DNA of 64,000 nt from Bacteroidaceae bacterium (GCA_017448825.1 JAFSKR010000005.1:48511-112510), one strand, 5' to 3'; shown: positions 27,765-38,740, counted from the stretch's first letter. Notes: generated from the sequence alone by a model not told the origin. Numbers and translations are program-made.

Positions 27765-30700
27765 TTAGTCTTTCTGAACAGTGATGACAGCCTTAAAGTC
27801 GTCGAAGTCAATCGCTTCGCCAGCAGGATTGCCAAGTTCGATGGAGTTGGCAAGCACTTGAGCGGCGATGTTGTTTTTGAAGATGTCAAGAACCGCTTGC
27901 GTTTCGGGTGTGTCGGTGATGACCACCTTGATGCGGTCGGTAATCTCGAAGCCCTGTGACTTGCGGAGACCTTGAATCTGCTTGATGACCTTGCGGGCAT
28001 TGCCTTCTGTCTTCAAGGCTGGCGTGATGGTGATGTCGAGTGCCACTGTTGTGGTACCTTCATTGGCAACACTCCATCCGGGGATGTCCTGTGACATGAT
28101 GTCCACGTCTGCCAATTCAATCACAGCATCCTGTCCTTCAGCTTGCAACGTGATTTGTCCGTTAGCTTCTAACTCTGCAATCTGTTCTTGCGACATGGCA
28201 GTGACAGCGGCATTCACGGCTTTCATCAACTTGCCAAACTTTTTGCCCATCACACGGAAGTCGCACTTCACATTCTTCACCAGCATCCTGCCATCCATCA
28301 GTTGCAATTCCTTCACGTTCACCTCCTTCATGATGATGTCCTTCATGCGTTCAATGCGACCGCTGAATACCATGTCAGTGTCGGGGATAGCAATGGATTG
28401 AAGTGCCTGAATCACAGGAATCTTCACCTTCTTGCGGATAGATAATCCCATTGAAGTCACCTTCATGGCTGACTCCATCGCAGCTTCCAGTTCGGTGTCG
28501 ATGTATGCCTCGTTGAAGGTCGGGAACTGGGCGAGGTGTACGCTCTTCGCAGTGTCCTTGCCGGTGGCGTTGTTGAGGTCGCGGAAGAGCTGGTCAGCAT
28601 AGAAGGGTGCAATCGGTGCAATCAATCGACTCAACGTGTCGAGACACGTGTAGAGTGTCTGATAAGCTGAGAGTTTGTCTGCAGTCATCTCACCACCCCA
28701 GAAACGAGGCTTGTTCAGACGGATGTACCAGTTGGAGAGGTTGTCAATGACAAACGACTGAATGAGACGGCCAGCAGGTGTTGGGTCGTAGTCATCGAGG
28801 TATGTCTGTACGTTCTTGACGAGCGTGTTGAGTTCACTGAGCAACCAACGGTCGAAGTCTGGACGATCAGTATATGCGATGTCTGCTTCCTTGTACTCAA
28901 AGCCATCCACATTCGCATACATGGTGAAGAACGAATAAGCCTGCTGCAATTTGATGAAGAACTGACTTGTCACTTCCTTTACACCTTCAGGGTCGAACGA
29001 GAGGTTGTCCCAAGGCGATGAGTTGGTAATCATGTACCACCGCACCGCATCTGCACCATACGTGCCAATGCACTCGAAGGGGTTAATCACGTTGCCCAGA
29101 CGTTTCGACATCTTGATGCCGTTCTTGTCGAGCACGAGACCATTGGAAATCACCGCCTTGTATGCCACCGAGTCGAACACCATCGTGGCGATGGCATGCA
29201 GCGTGAAGAACCATCCACGTGTCTGGTCAACACCTTCGGCAATGAAGTCGGCAGGGTAGGCGATACCCTTGTCAATCAGTTCTTTATTCTCAAATGGATA
29301 GTGAACCTGTGCGTAAGGCATGGCACCAGAGTCAAACCAAACATCAATGAGGTCAAGTTCGCGAGTCAGGACATTGCCCTTATCAGAAATCAGTTTGATA
29401 TCATCTACATAAGGACGGTGCAAGTCAATCTTGTCATAGTTCTCCTGACTCATGTCGCCAGGCACAAAACCTTTGTCCTTCAATGGGTTCGATGCCATCA
29501 CACCTGCCTTCACAGCCTTTTCAATCTCGTTGTAAAGTTCTTCTACAGAACCAATGCACACTTCCTCATGGGTGTCACGATTGCGCCAGATAGGTAGGGG
29601 AGTGCCCCAGTAGCGTGAACGGGAGAGGTTCCAGTCGTTGAGGTTTTCAAGCCACTTGCCGAAACGTCCTGTACCTGTTGATTCGGGTTTCCACTGGATG
29701 GTTTGGTTCAACTCAAACATACGGTCTTTCTTTGCAGTCGATTTGATGAACCAAGAGTCAAGAGGGTAATAAAGCACTGGCTTGTCGGTGCGCCAACAGT
29801 GAGGATAATTGTGGACATGCTTCTCAATTTTGAAAGCCGTTCCTTCCTCCTTCATCTCCACACACAGCACCACATTCAAATCCATGTCCTTGTTGGCAGC
29901 CTTCTCGTCGTACTTGCCACCTTGGTTGTATTTGGGATCATAGGCATTCTTAACAAAGTCGCCACTATGCTTCCAATAACTCTCATTCACACAGAGACTT
30001 ACAAATTCTTCGTTCATGTCTTCCTTTACGAAGTACTTGCCTGTGAAATCGACCATGGGACGGGTGTCGCCAGCCTTGTCAATGATGAAGAGGGATGGGA
30101 TGCCAGCATCCTTTGCCACCTTCGCATCATCAGCACCAAACGTGGGAGCGATATGTACGATACCCGTACCATCCTCTGTAGTCACATAGTCGCCAGGGAT
30201 GACACGGAAAGCCTCCTGTTCCTTCACCACCACTTTGTTGTCTTCCAGCGCACATGGCTTCACCCAAGGCATCAACTGCTCATAACGCATACCCACGAGG
30301 TCAGTTCCCTTGCCTTTCCAGAGGATTTCGAGCGGCTTCTCGTTGCCTTCCTCATCCTTCTCGGCTTGGAAGTAAGCGGACAGACGCGCCTCTGCCATGA
30401 TGTAGATGGCTTCCTCACCGCTGTATGGGTTCTTGCCCTTCACTGCTATGTAGTCAATCTTGGGACCTACACAAAGGGCTGTGTTGGATGGAAGTGTCCA
30501 AGGGGTGGTTGTCCATGCCAAGATATAGACAGGCAAACCTGACGCATGGCCTCCCTCTCCATAGAGGGGGAGAGTTGGGGAGATGGCCCTAAACTGTGCC
30601 GTCACCGTTGTGTCCTTCACATCACGGTAGCAACCAGGTTGGTTCAGTTCGTGTGAAGAAAGACCCGTTCCTGCTGCGGGCGAATATGGCTGAATGGTGT

Positions 30701-31226
30701 ACCCCTTATAGAGTAAGCCCTTCTGGTAGAGCTGCTTTAACAGGTACCATAGCGATTCGATGTACTTGTTATCGTAAGTAATGTAAGGATGCTCCAAGTC
30801 CACCCAATACCCCATCTTTTCAGAGAGTTCCGTCCACTCATTGGTGTACATCATCACGTTTTTGCGGCAAGCGTCGTTGTAGTCATCTACACTGATTTTC
30901 TTGCCGATGTCCTCTTTGGTGATGCCTAATGATTTCTCCACACTCAACTCCACAGGAAGTCCGTGCGTGTCCCAACCCGCCTTGCGTTTTACTTGGAATC
31001 CCTGCATCGTCTTATATCGGAGGAAAGTGTCCTTTATTGTGCGTCCCATTACGTGGTGAATGCCAGGATGCCCATTGGCGGATGGGGGACCTTCAAAAAA
31101 GATAAATTGAGGGCAGCCTTCGCGCTCCTCAATGCTCTTGTGGAACATATCTTCCACGTTCCACTGTTCCAGAACCTCCTTATTCACATCCGAGAGGTTC
31201 AGTTTTGCTCTTTCTGTAAATTTCAT
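27765..31226 (-). CDS. ileS: isoleucine--tRNA ligase
   Basis: 1153-aa class I aaRS with the HIGH-type motif (PSANGHPGIHH) and KMSKR (KMSKRLGN). Confidence 0.97.
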   Translation of the reverse strand: MKFTERAKLNLSDVNKEVLEQWNVEDMFHKSIEEREGCPQFIFFEGPPSANGHPGIHHVMGRTIKDTFLRYKTMQGFQVKRKAGWDTHGLPVELSVEKSLGITKEDIGKKISVDDYNDACRKNVMMYTNEWTELSEKMGYWVDLEHPYITYDNKYIESLWYLLKQLYQKGLLYKGYTIQPYSPAAGTGLSSHELNQPGCYRDVKDTTVTAQFRAISPTLPLYGEGGHASGLPVYILAWTTTPWTLPSNTALCVGPKIDYIAVKGKNPYSGEEAIYIMAEARLSAYFQAEKDEEGNEKPLEILWKGKGTDLVGMRYEQLMPWVKPCALEDNKVVVKEQEAFRVIPGDYVTTEDGTGIVHIAPTFGADDAKVAKDAGIPSLFIIDKAGDTRPMVDFTGKYFVKEDMNEEFVSLCVNESYWKHSGDFVKNAYDPKYNQGGKYDEKAANKDMDLNVVLCVEMKEEGTAFKIEKHVHNYPHCWRTDKPVLYYPLDSWFIKSTAKKDRMFELNQTIQWKPESTGTGRFGKWLENLNDWNLSRSRYWGTPLPIWRNRDTHEEVCIGSVEELYNEIEKAVKAGVMASNPLKDKGFVPGDMSQENYDKIDLHRPYVDDIKLISDKGNVLTRELDLIDVWFDSGAMPYAQVHYPFENKELIDKGIAYPADFIAEGVDQTRGWFFTLHAIATMVFDSVAYKAVISNGLVLDKNGIKMSKRLGNVINPFECIGTYGADAVRWYMITNSSPWDNLSFDPEGVKEVTSQFFIKLQQAYSFFTMYANVDGFEYKEADIAYTDRPDFDRWLLSELNTLVKNVQTYLDDYDPTPAGRLIQSFVIDNLSNWYIRLNKPRFWGGEMTADKLSAYQTLYTCLDTLSRLIAPIAPFYADQLFRDLNNATGKDTAKSVHLAQFPTFNEAYIDTELEAAMESAMKVTSMGLSIRKKVKIPVIQALQSIAIPDTDMVFSGRIERMKDIIMKEVNVKELQLMDGRMLVKNVKCDFRVMGKKFGKLMKAVNAAVTAMSQEQIAELEANGQITLQAEGQDAVIELADVDIMSQDIPGWSVANEGTTTVALDITITPALKTEGNARKVIKQIQGLRKSQGFEITDRIKVVITDTPETQAVLDIFKNNIAAQVLANSIELGNPAGEAIDFDDFKAVITVQKD

Positions 31227-31256
31227 ATTTGAAAAGTTGAAAGTGAAGAGTGAAAA

Positions 31257-31324
31257 AGTGAAAAATTTACTACCGCATCTGTTCGCTACCTGTGACGTAC
31301 AAGAGTGGTAGCAAATTTTTCACT
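31257..31324. repeat. 18-bp-arm A/T-rich stem-loop between pyrI and ileS
   Basis: agtgaaaaatttactacc (31257-31274) pairs with ggtagcaaatttttcact (31307-31324) with 1 mismatch and a 32-nt spacer. It is flanked by further AGTGAAA-like units. Confidence 0.7.
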
Positions 31325-31333
31325 TTCAATTTT

Positions 31334-31789
31334 TCACTTTAGTTTGATATCCTTCAGTTTTTGTTCCTTGCCACAATAGCGACACTTCAGCGTGTCCTTG
31401 TCCTTGCGATAAAACACCGTTTTCATGGGTTCGTTGTTGGTAATGCACACTGGGTTAGCACACTTCACGATGTTGGTCAGTGTATCAGGCAACAGAACCT
31501 CGCGCTTCTCCACCACCTTGTAGTCCTTGATGACAGTAAGGCGGATGTTAGGACAAATGACTGCCAGCTGGCTGATTTCTTCTTCGTTGAAGAATTTGCC
31601 AGAGATTTTAAGCAGTCCCTTCTTGTTCATCACGTTACTTTTCAGGTTGTTGGCTATCACTACTTCTTCCTTGCAGTCTCGCAGTTGAAGTAACTGTGCC
31701 ACCGTGAAGAGTTTATCTGTTGGTATGTGGTCGATGACGGAGCCATTCTCCAATGCTGCCACCATCATGTTCTCTTTGTTCTGTTCCAT
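31334..31789 (-). CDS. pyrI: aspartate carbamoyltransferase regulatory subunit
   Basis: The track ORF starts with GTG at 31822, abutting the pyrB stop; ATG 31789 (MEQNKENMMVAALENGSVIDHI) is preferred. C-terminal zinc motif CxxxxC...CxxC (CANPVCITN...CRYCGK). Confidence 0.88.
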   Translation of the reverse strand: MEQNKENMMVAALENGSVIDHIPTDKLFTVAQLLQLRDCKEEVVIANNLKSNVMNKKGLLKISGKFFNEEEISQLAVICPNIRLTVIKDYKVVEKREVLLPDTLTNIVKCANPVCITNNEPMKTVFYRKDKDTLKCRYCGKEQKLKDIKLK

Positions 31790-31822
31790 ATTGATGAAAG
31801 TTAAAAGTGAAGATTTTTTCAC

Positions 31823-32767
31823 TTAAATGATACTCGTATCGTTTTTGATGTCGTCGAGTGTGATGCCCAGTACATCGCAAATCAGAGCCTCACGTGCATA
31901 CAAGCCATTTCGTGCCTGTTCGAAATAGTAAGCGTGCTTAGAGTCATCCACATCATATTCAATCTCGTTCACACGTGGCAGCGGATGCAGAATCTTCATG
32001 TTATCCTTGCATTTGCCCAGCATATCAGCTCTCAAGATGTAGGCATCCTTCACACGTTCGTATTCCATTAAATCCGTGAAGCGCTCCCGCTGTACACGGG
32101 TCATATAGAGGATGTCGGCATCCGCAATTGTGTCCTCTGTGAAGTCTTGCTGCTCGATGTATTTGATGTTGTTCTGCTGGCAATAGAGTTTGTACTCCTC
32201 AGGCATCTCAAGTTCCTTTGGTGCAATGAAATGGAACGTCGGATTATACTTTCGCATTGACATAAGCAATGAATGCACTGTGCGACCGTACTTCAAGTCA
32301 CCCACCATATAAATGTTTAGGTTCTCTAATGTACCTTGTGTCTTGTAGATGGAGTAGAGGTCGAGCATCGTTTGTGAAGGATGCAAGTTTGAGCCGTCGC
32401 CCGCATTGATGATGGGCACGTTTGTCACCTCACTCGCATAGAGAGCGGCACCCTCCAGTTTATGGCGCATCACAATCACGTCTGCATAGTTGCTCACCAT
32501 CTTAATGGTGTCCTTCAGTGTCTCACCTTTTGACGAACTCGTCACCTTTGGATCGGTGAAGCCAATCACACGTGCTCCCAAACGGTTTGCCGCTGTTTCA
32601 AAACTGAGTCTCGTGCGTGTGGAAGGCTCAAAGAACAGCGTGGCAACCACCTTGCCTTTCAATATCTGGCGGTTGGGGTGCGCCTCAAACTCAGTCGCCA
32701 TGTCCAGCAGATACTGAATTTTCTCCTTGCCGTAATCTGCAATCGAAACAATGCTTCTATTTTCCAT
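31823..32767 (-). CDS. pyrB: aspartate carbamoyltransferase catalytic subunit
   Basis: Trimmed to ATG 32767 ([12 protein letters not shown]...). ATCase motifs are present ([19 protein letters not shown]). A -7 box lies 41 nt upstream. Confidence 0.93.
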   Translation of the reverse strand: MENRSIVSIADYGKEKIQYLLDMATEFEAHPNRQILKGKVVATLFFEPSTRTRLSFETAANRLGARVIGFTDPKVTSSSKGETLKDTIKMVSNYADVIVMRHKLEGAALYASEVTNVPIINAGDGSNLHPSQTMLDLYSIYKTQGTLENLNIYMVGDLKYGRTVHSLLMSMRKYNPTFHFIAPKELEMPEEYKLYCQQNNIKYIEQQDFTEDTIADADILYMTRVQRERFTDLMEYERVKDAYILRADMLGKCKDNMKILHPLPRVNEIEYDVDDSKHAYYFEQARNGLYAREALICDVLGITLDDIKNDTSII

Positions 32768-32807
32768 GTTTATATCAGAACTAATTGAGTATATGTCAAA
32801 AATCATG

Positions 32808-32815
32808 CAAAGGTA
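32808..32815 (-). promoter_or_regulatory. putative -7 box for pyrBI
   Basis: Minus strand reads TACCTTTG, 41 nt upstream of ATG 32767. Confidence 0.5.
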
Positions 32816-32879
32816 CGAAAAATTCGAGTAAGTGAGAGAAAAGAAAGCGTGTTTTCTTTTCTGAACGTGAGAATTTTTG

Positions 32880-32887
32880 TACCTTTG
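32880..32887 (+). promoter_or_regulatory. putative -7 box for pheT
   Basis: TACCTTTG 73 nt upstream of ATG 32960; divergent from pyrB. Confidence 0.5.
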
Positions 32888-32959
32888 CACCGTTTTTCGC
32901 GCGTGCGGGCGTGAAACATCTATTTTAGGTAAGGAGAACGTAACTAAAAACATTGCAAT

Positions 32960-35479
32960 ATGAATATTTCATACAATTGGTTGAAGGAATATGTGGACTT
33001 CGACATGACAGCCGAAGAGGTGGGCAAGGCACTCACCAGCATGGGCTTGGAAGTGGAAGCCGTAGAAGAAGTGCAAAGCATCAAGGGTGGTTTGCAAGGG
33101 CTTGTGGTGGGTCAGGTGCTCACCTGCGAACCCCATCCCAACAGCGACCACATGCACGTGACGACAGTGGATGAAGGCAATGGTGTGGTGGAGCAAATCG
33201 TGTGTGGTGCCCCCAACGTGGCCTCTGGTCAGAAAGTGATTGTGGCTCAATTGGGTTGCAAACTCTATGATGGTGACAAGGAGTTTGTCATCAAGAAGAG
33301 CAAGCTGAGAGGCATCGAGTCAAATGGCATGATTTGCGCGGAAGATGAAATCGGCATCGGCACCAGTCACGATGGTATCATCGTGTTGCCAGAAGATGCT
33401 GTGGTGGGCACTCCTGCCGCTGAGTATTACGGCTTGGAAAGCGATTTTGTGATTGAGGTGGACATCACCCCCAACCACTCCGATGCTTGTTCCCACTGGG
33501 GGGTGGCTCGCGATTTCTACGCTTATCTGAAGCAGAACGGTTATGAGACTTCGCTGCATCGTCCTTCGGTGGATGATTTCAAGGTGCAGTCGGACGACCT
33601 GAAGATAGACGTGGTGGTGGAGGCCGAAGAGGCATGTCCGCGCTACTGCGCTGTTTCGGTGAAGAACTGTGAGGTGAAGGAGAGTCCGAAGTGGCTGAAA
33701 GACCGATTGACGGCCATTGGTCAGCGTCCCATCAACAACATTGTCGATATTACCAATTACATCATGATGGCATACGGTCAGCCGCTGCACTGCTTCGATG
33801 CCGACATGGTGAAGGGCAACAAGGTGGTGGTGAAGACCCTGCCCGAAGGAACCCCATTCGTCACCCTTGACGGGGAGGAACACAAGCTGTCTGACAAGGA
33901 TTTGGCCATCTGCAATGTGGAGGAGCCGATGTGTATCGCTGGTGTGTTCGGTGGCAAGGGCAGCGGCACCTACGAGACCACGAAGAACGTGCTCTTCGAG
34001 AGTGCTTATTTCCATCCGACTTGGATTCGCAAGAGTGCGCGCCGTCATGGTTTGCAGACCGATGCCAGTTTCCGTTTCGAACGTGGCATCGACCCTGCCG
34101 GTCAGATTTACGCCATCAAGCGTGCGGCGATGCTGGCTCAGGAGTTGGCTGGCGGTGAAGTGAGCATGGAGATAGTGGATGTGAAGAACGACACACTGCC
34201 ACAGGATGTCATCATCGACGTGGAATACAAGTATGTGGCTGACCTCATCGGGAAGGAACTGCCGGTGGAGACCCAGCAGGGCATCTTGAAGAACCTTGGT
34301 TTCGAGGTGCTTGCGTCGGATGCTGAGAAGATGCAGGTGAAGGCTCCAGCTTTCCGTGTGGACGTGAAGAAGCCATGCGATGTGGTGGAAGAGATTTTGC
34401 GCATCTATGGCTACAACAATATAGAGATCCCATCGCAGGTGCGCTCATCGCTCACGACGAAGGGTGAACTGGATAAGAGCAATAAGCTACAGAACCACGT
34501 GGCGGAACAGTTGGTGGGCTGTGGCTTCAACGAGATACTGAACAACTCGCTGACGAAGGTGGCTTACTATGAGGCTGGCCAAACATACAAATTGGAGAAC
34601 TGTGTGAAGCTGATGAATCCGCTGAGTCAGGACCTTGGGGTGTTGCGTCAGACCCTACTCTTTGGTGGCTTGGAGTGCATCGCCCACAACAGCAACCGCC
34701 GTATGCCTGACTTGAAGTTCTTCGAGTTCGGCAACTGCTACTACTACGATCCTGAGAGGAGTGTGGAGAAGGTGGACGAAAACGGGGAGACCTTGAAGGC
34801 CAGTGCGGAGTCGTCGAAGAAGATTTTGGCTGCCTATAGCGAGGACTATCACCTCGGGCTTTGGCAGACGGGTAAGCGTGTGAACGGCAACTGGGCACAT
34901 GCCGACGAGGAGAGCACCGTGTATGAGATGAAAGCCTATGTGCTCAACATCTTCAAGCGGCTCGGTGTGCCTTTCGGTGCCCTTGTATTTGGTGAGGAGA
35001 AAAACGACGTGTTCTCTATCGCTACCACTATCACGCAGCGAGGTGGCAAGAAAATTGCCGAATTTGGCATCGTGACGAAGAAGATGGCAAAGAAACTCGA
35101 CGTGGAGGCTCCCGTCTTTTATGCTGACATCAATTGGACGAACTTGATGAAGCTCATCAAGAAAGTGACAGTCACTTACTACGACCTGTCGAAGTTCCCT
35201 GCCGTGAGCCGCGACTTGGCACTACTCGTCGATGAAGGTATAGAATTTGCCCAAATCGAAGCCGCCGCTTATCAGGCAGAGAAGAAACTCTTGAAGGAGG
35301 TGAAGCTCTTCGATGTGTATGAAGGCAAGCACCTCGAAGCCGGCAAGAAGTCGTATGCGGTCAACTTCACCTTGCAAAGCGAGGAGAAGACCCTCAACGA
35401 TAAGGCTATCGAAGCCATCATGGGCAAGGTTGAGCAGAACATCTGCAAAGCCACAGGCGCAACCGTCCGTGGAAAATAA
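32960..35479 (+). CDS. pheT: phenylalanine--tRNA ligase beta subunit
   Basis: 839 aa: N-terminal tRNA-binding OB domain ([12 protein letters not shown]), B3/4, B5 and FDX-ACB domains. Confidence 0.96.
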   Translation: MNISYNWLKEYVDFDMTAEEVGKALTSMGLEVEAVEEVQSIKGGLQGLVVGQVLTCEPHPNSDHMHVTTVDEGNGVVEQIVCGAPNVASGQKVIVAQLGCKLYDGDKEFVIKKSKLRGIESNGMICAEDEIGIGTSHDGIIVLPEDAVVGTPAAEYYGLESDFVIEVDITPNHSDACSHWGVARDFYAYLKQNGYETSLHRPSVDDFKVQSDDLKIDVVVEAEEACPRYCAVSVKNCEVKESPKWLKDRLTAIGQRPINNIVDITNYIMMAYGQPLHCFDADMVKGNKVVVKTLPEGTPFVTLDGEEHKLSDKDLAICNVEEPMCIAGVFGGKGSGTYETTKNVLFESAYFHPTWIRKSARRHGLQTDASFRFERGIDPAGQIYAIKRAAMLAQELAGGEVSMEIVDVKNDTLPQDVIIDVEYKYVADLIGKELPVETQQGILKNLGFEVLASDAEKMQVKAPAFRVDVKKPCDVVEEILRIYGYNNIEIPSQVRSSLTTKGELDKSNKLQNHVAEQLVGCGFNEILNNSLTKVAYYEAGQTYKLENCVKLMNPLSQDLGVLRQTLLFGGLECIAHNSNRRMPDLKFFEFGNCYYYDPERSVEKVDENGETLKASAESSKKILAAYSEDYHLGLWQTGKRVNGNWAHADEESTVYEMKAYVLNIFKRLGVPFGALVFGEEKNDVFSIATTITQRGGKKIAEFGIVTKKMAKKLDVEAPVFYADINWTNLMKLIKKVTVTYYDLSKFPAVSRDLALLVDEGIEFAQIEAAAYQAEKKLLKEVKLFDVYEGKHLEAGKKSYAVNFTLQSEEKTLNDKAIEAIMGKVEQNICKATGATVRGK

Positions 35480-35532
35480 CTATATGTACAATAAAATGTA
35501 AATAGTAAATCGTAAAAATAGTAAATGAAATT

Positions 35533-36264
35533 ATGGGAAGAGCATTTGAATTCCGTAAAGCGAGAAAACTGAAGAGATGGGGTAATATGGCAAAGACTTT
35601 CACACGCCTGGGCAAGCAAATAGCCATCGCTGTGGCAGAAGGTGGTCCTGACCCTGATAACAACGCACACCTTCGTGCCGTCATTGCGACCTGTCGTCAT
35701 GAGAATATGCCGAAGGACAACATCGACCGTGCTATCAAGAATGCTATCGGCAAGGACAAGTCGGCTTGGAAGAGTGTGACCTACGAAGGCTATGGTCCTC
35801 ACGGTGTGGCTGTGTTTGTGGATACACTGACTGACAACACCACACGCACGGTGGCAGATGTTCGTTCGGTGTTCAACAAGTTTAGCGGCAACATGGGCAC
35901 GACGGGTTCCCTTTCTTTCCTTTTCGACCACTACAGCCAGTTCACGTTCAAGAAGAAGGATGGTATGGACATGGATGAGTTCATCCTCGAAGCCATCGAG
36001 TTTGGTGTGAACGACGAGTACGATGAGGAATACGACGAAGAGAAGGACGAGACGACCATCACTATCTACGGTGATCCCAAGTCGTTTGCCCAAATCCAGA
36101 AGTACCTTGAAGACAATGGCTTCGAAATTACGGGCGCCGAATTCACATACGTGCCCAACGACCTCAAGGAAGTGACGGACGAACAGCGCGAGACCATCGA
36201 CAAGATGGTGGAACGTCTCGAAGAGTTCGATGACGTACAGAACGTGTACACGAATATGAAGTGA
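35533..36264 (+). CDS. yebC: YebC/PmpR-family DNA-binding transcriptional regulator
   Basis: 243 aa with the hallmark N-terminus MGRAFEFRKARKLKRWGNMAK and YEGYGPHGVAV. Confidence 0.93.
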   Translation: MGRAFEFRKARKLKRWGNMAKTFTRLGKQIAIAVAEGGPDPDNNAHLRAVIATCRHENMPKDNIDRAIKNAIGKDKSAWKSVTYEGYGPHGVAVFVDTLTDNTTRTVADVRSVFNKFSGNMGTTGSLSFLFDHYSQFTFKKKDGMDMDEFILEAIEFGVNDEYDEEYDEEKDETTITIYGDPKSFAQIQKYLEDNGFEITGAEFTYVPNDLKEVTDEQRETIDKMVERLEEFDDVQNVYTNMK

Positions 36265-36288
36265 TGTACAATCGTGAGATCATCCAAG

Positions 36289-36543
36289 ATGAAAACTGTT
36301 TACACAACACAGGGCACTTGCTCGAAAGCGATAGAACTGGACGTTGATGATGCGACTGGCATCATCAACTCCGTTCAGTTCGTGGGAGGCTGCCCTGGTA
36401 ACACTATAGGCATCTCTCAATTGGTGCGTGGCATGAAAGCCGAAGATGTTATCAACAAGTTGGAGGGTGTGCGTTGTGGCATGAAGCCCACAAGTTGTCC
36501 CGACCAACTGGCTCGTGCCCTGCGTCAAATCGTGAAATCGTAA
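36289..36543 (+). CDS. TSCPD-domain small protein (TIGR03905-like)
   Basis: The track ORF starts with GTG at 36274; ATG 36289 (MKTVYTTQGTCS...) is preferred. GGCPGN and RCGMKPTSCPDQLA motifs are present. Confidence 0.72.
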   Translation: MKTVYTTQGTCSKAIELDVDDATGIINSVQFVGGCPGNTIGISQLVRGMKAEDVINKLEGVRCGMKPTSCPDQLARALRQIVKS

Positions 36544-36553
36544 ATTATATAAT

Positions 36554-36970
36554 ATGTACGCGCGCAAACATTATTATATATTATTTGTGTTCGCGGTGAT
36601 TGCGCTCGCTTCCTGTCAAGAGAAAAGGAAAGACCGTTTTGAACGGGAAGCACAAGAGTACACCCAGACGCATTGCCCTCAACCATATGGTGATGGTGTG
36701 ACCATTCTCGACAGTATGGTCTTCATTCCTAATGACAGCACCATTGGCGACCTTAAACTATATTACTCTTTGCAACTGACCGAAGACCAGCGGAAAGCCT
36801 TCATGGACAAACTTGGTGACATTGGTGACGAAAATCTGAAGGTAGTTCGCAATTCCGTCCTGTTCGCCAAGCACAAAGAGGCAGGGGTTGGCTTCACCTA
36901 CATCTACCACGATGCCGCGACTGGAGACAAGATGGTAGAGTACCATTTCACCCCCGAAGACTACAAGTAA
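36554..36970 (+). CDS. hypothetical lipoprotein
   Basis: 138 aa with lipobox VIALASC; no family recognised. Confidence 0.6.
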   Translation: MYARKHYYILFVFAVIALASCQEKRKDRFEREAQEYTQTHCPQPYGDGVTILDSMVFIPNDSTIGDLKLYYSLQLTEDQRKAFMDKLGDIGDENLKVVRNSVLFAKHKEAGVGFTYIYHDAATGDKMVEYHFTPEDYK

Positions 36971-37384
36971 AGTGAATGTACGATGTGCGATGTGGCTAAC
37001 GCAATGTCGGAAAGTTGCATGGCAAATTGTAAATTGTACATTATCAAATTGTTTCTCGAAGTGGTATTCCCTATTCATGTACAGGAATTGTTGAAGCAAC
37101 AACGCTGTGGTGACTCGCGACAGGAAGGTTGCAAGGTGTCACTTTCCAACTGCTGTTACCCAACATGATGGAGCTTTCTTCCTTGTACCTTGCATCAAAG
37201 AAGTATATTCCCAAATGGCCGAAATGGATGAGTTTCTATTTCGGCTTTTTTATGCCCTTCTGTTGTTGCCCCTCGTGACTTTCTCCTGAGAAGCATGAGG
37301 GGACAAAAGCTTTTTCCCTCACTTTTCATGGGAAATTCAGTCATTTCCTATGGATTAATCTCTTTAGCCGTTCTTCTCTTTTCA

Positions 37385-37514
37385 ATTTAGCTTGAATATA
37401 ACTATTAATTTGGCTTGAATACAACTTTCGATTTGGCTTGATTACACTGTGTTGTATTCAAGCCAAATCGAAAGTTGTATTCAAGCCAAATTAATAGTTA
37501 TATTCAGGCTAAAT
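37385..37514. repeat. 130-bp near-perfect palindrome made of 3+3 copies of a ~16-bp motif (TTGGCTTGAATACAAC-like) at ~23-bp spacing
   Basis: Left arm atttagcttgaatataactattaatttggcttgaatacaactttcgatttggcttga..., and its reverse complement follows directly after the centre at about 37449/37450. One mismatch in the outer 55 bp (T/C at the 8th base). Confidence 0.9.
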
Positions 37515-37765
37515 AGTTTATTGATGATGGGGGAGGGTGGGTTGCGGTTGTTGGTGGGGGCTGATTGCGGTTGTCGGTCGAGATGGGTTGTGTTTTTCTG
37601 TGGAGACGTTATGAGTCTTCTTTTTCAAGCTCTCGCTGTGTGCGCACACAGTCAAATTTGACCTCTACACCCCTTGATTTGAAGTTTTTTCACTAAAATT
37701 CCTCTTTTTTTGTAACTTTTTCTTATTTTTTTTTGCAAATGTTTTGCTTTTTTAACTAAAGGTCG

Positions 37766-37773
37766 TAACTTTG
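37766..37773 (+). promoter_or_regulatory. putative -7 box for the wHTH gene
   Basis: TAACTTTG 89 nt upstream of ATG 37862. Confidence 0.45.
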
Positions 37774-37861
37774 CAGCGATTTACAAAGATTACAAAAGAG
37801 ATTTTCACCCATTTGTCTAAATCTCGCACAAAAAGTTTAACAAATCATTAAAGGTAAAATT

Positions 37862-38074
37862 ATGTTACAGGAAAAAGCAGGAAACATTGCAGGTCTCATT
37901 TGGAATGCACTTTCTGAGGGTGAGGCTGCACAGACATTCAAGCAGATTAAGAAAGCTACTAAGCTTGCAGAGAAGGACTTCAACCTCGGTCTTGGCTGGT
38001 TGCTCCGTGAAGACAAGGTGAACGCCGTTGAGACAGGCGACGAGAAGGATCCATACGCATACTCTCTCAAGTAA
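37862..38074 (+). CDS. small winged helix-turn-helix protein (DUF2582-like)
   Basis: 70 aa (AGNIAGLIWNALSEGEAAQTFKQIKKATKLAEKDFNLGLGWLLREDKV) with its own promoter box and a strong terminator. Confidence 0.62.
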   Translation: MLQEKAGNIAGLIWNALSEGEAAQTFKQIKKATKLAEKDFNLGLGWLLREDKVNAVETGDEKDPYAYSLK

Positions 38075-38095
38075 TTGTTGCTTCACGACAATAAA

Positions 38096-38133
38096 AATGC
38101 GTTACTCAATCCGTTGGGTAACGCATTTTTTTT
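38096..38133 (+). terminator. intrinsic terminator after the wHTH gene
   Basis: 10-bp stem aatgcgttac / gtaacgcatt, followed by a T-run. Confidence 0.8.
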
Positions 38134-38212
38134 GCCCTTATGTGAAAAAAGTGGACGCACAGGGGTTGGGAAAGAGTCACCTTAGGGGTATTACAGATAA
38201 AAATGACGTGGC

Positions 38213-38740
38213 ATGACTGATAAGGAAACGATAAGAGCACTTTTCCTCGAACATTACGACAGGATGTATCTGTTGGCACGGGTACTGCTGCACGATGACG
38301 AGGAAAGCAGGGATGTGGTGAGCGAGGTATTCGCAGGACTGCTGGATGGCACCATCCGTGTGCGTCCTGACACTGCTGGTAGTTTCCTTCTGACGTGTGT
38401 GCGGAACCGATGCTTGAAGGTGCTTCGGGGAAAGCGGGTGCGAGAACGGGCACAGCGGCTCTTGGCGATGGGTGATGAGGCTGATGTCATGCCTTCTCTT
38501 TTTGGGGAGATAGGGAAAGGGCTTCACACAGACTCACTGGAAGATGTGTTTCGTTTCTGTCAAGAAGGTCTGACGGAACAAACCCGCCGTGTGTTCTTCA
38601 TGCACTACCAAGAACGGAAACGGTATGCCGACATCTCGGCAGAACTCCACATTAGCGAGGCTGCGGTGTATAAGCATCTGGCACAGGCATTGAAACGAAT
38701 CAAGAACCACTTTATATCATCAGAACATGGACAAGAATGA
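38213..38740 (+). CDS. RNA polymerase ECF-type sigma-70 factor
   Basis: 175 aa: region 2 (LFLEHYDRMYLLARVLLHDDEESRDVVSEVF) and region 4 HTH (RYADISAELHISEAAVYKHLAQALKRI). Confidence 0.88.
   Translation: MTDKETIRALFLEHYDRMYLLARVLLHDDEESRDVVSEVFAGLLDGTIRVRPDTAGSFLLTCVRNRCLKVLRGKRVRERAQRLLAMGDEADVMPSLFGEIGKGLHTDSLEDVFRFCQEGLTEQTRRVFFMHYQERKRYADISAELHISEAAVYKHLAQALKRIKNHFISSEHGQE

Noticed and set aside
37449-37661. 70-aa ORF starting at the centre of the palindrome
   Set aside because: It begins inside the inverted repeat, runs through the G-rich tract and has no promoter box. Its composition (G/L/V/C-rich) looks non-coding.
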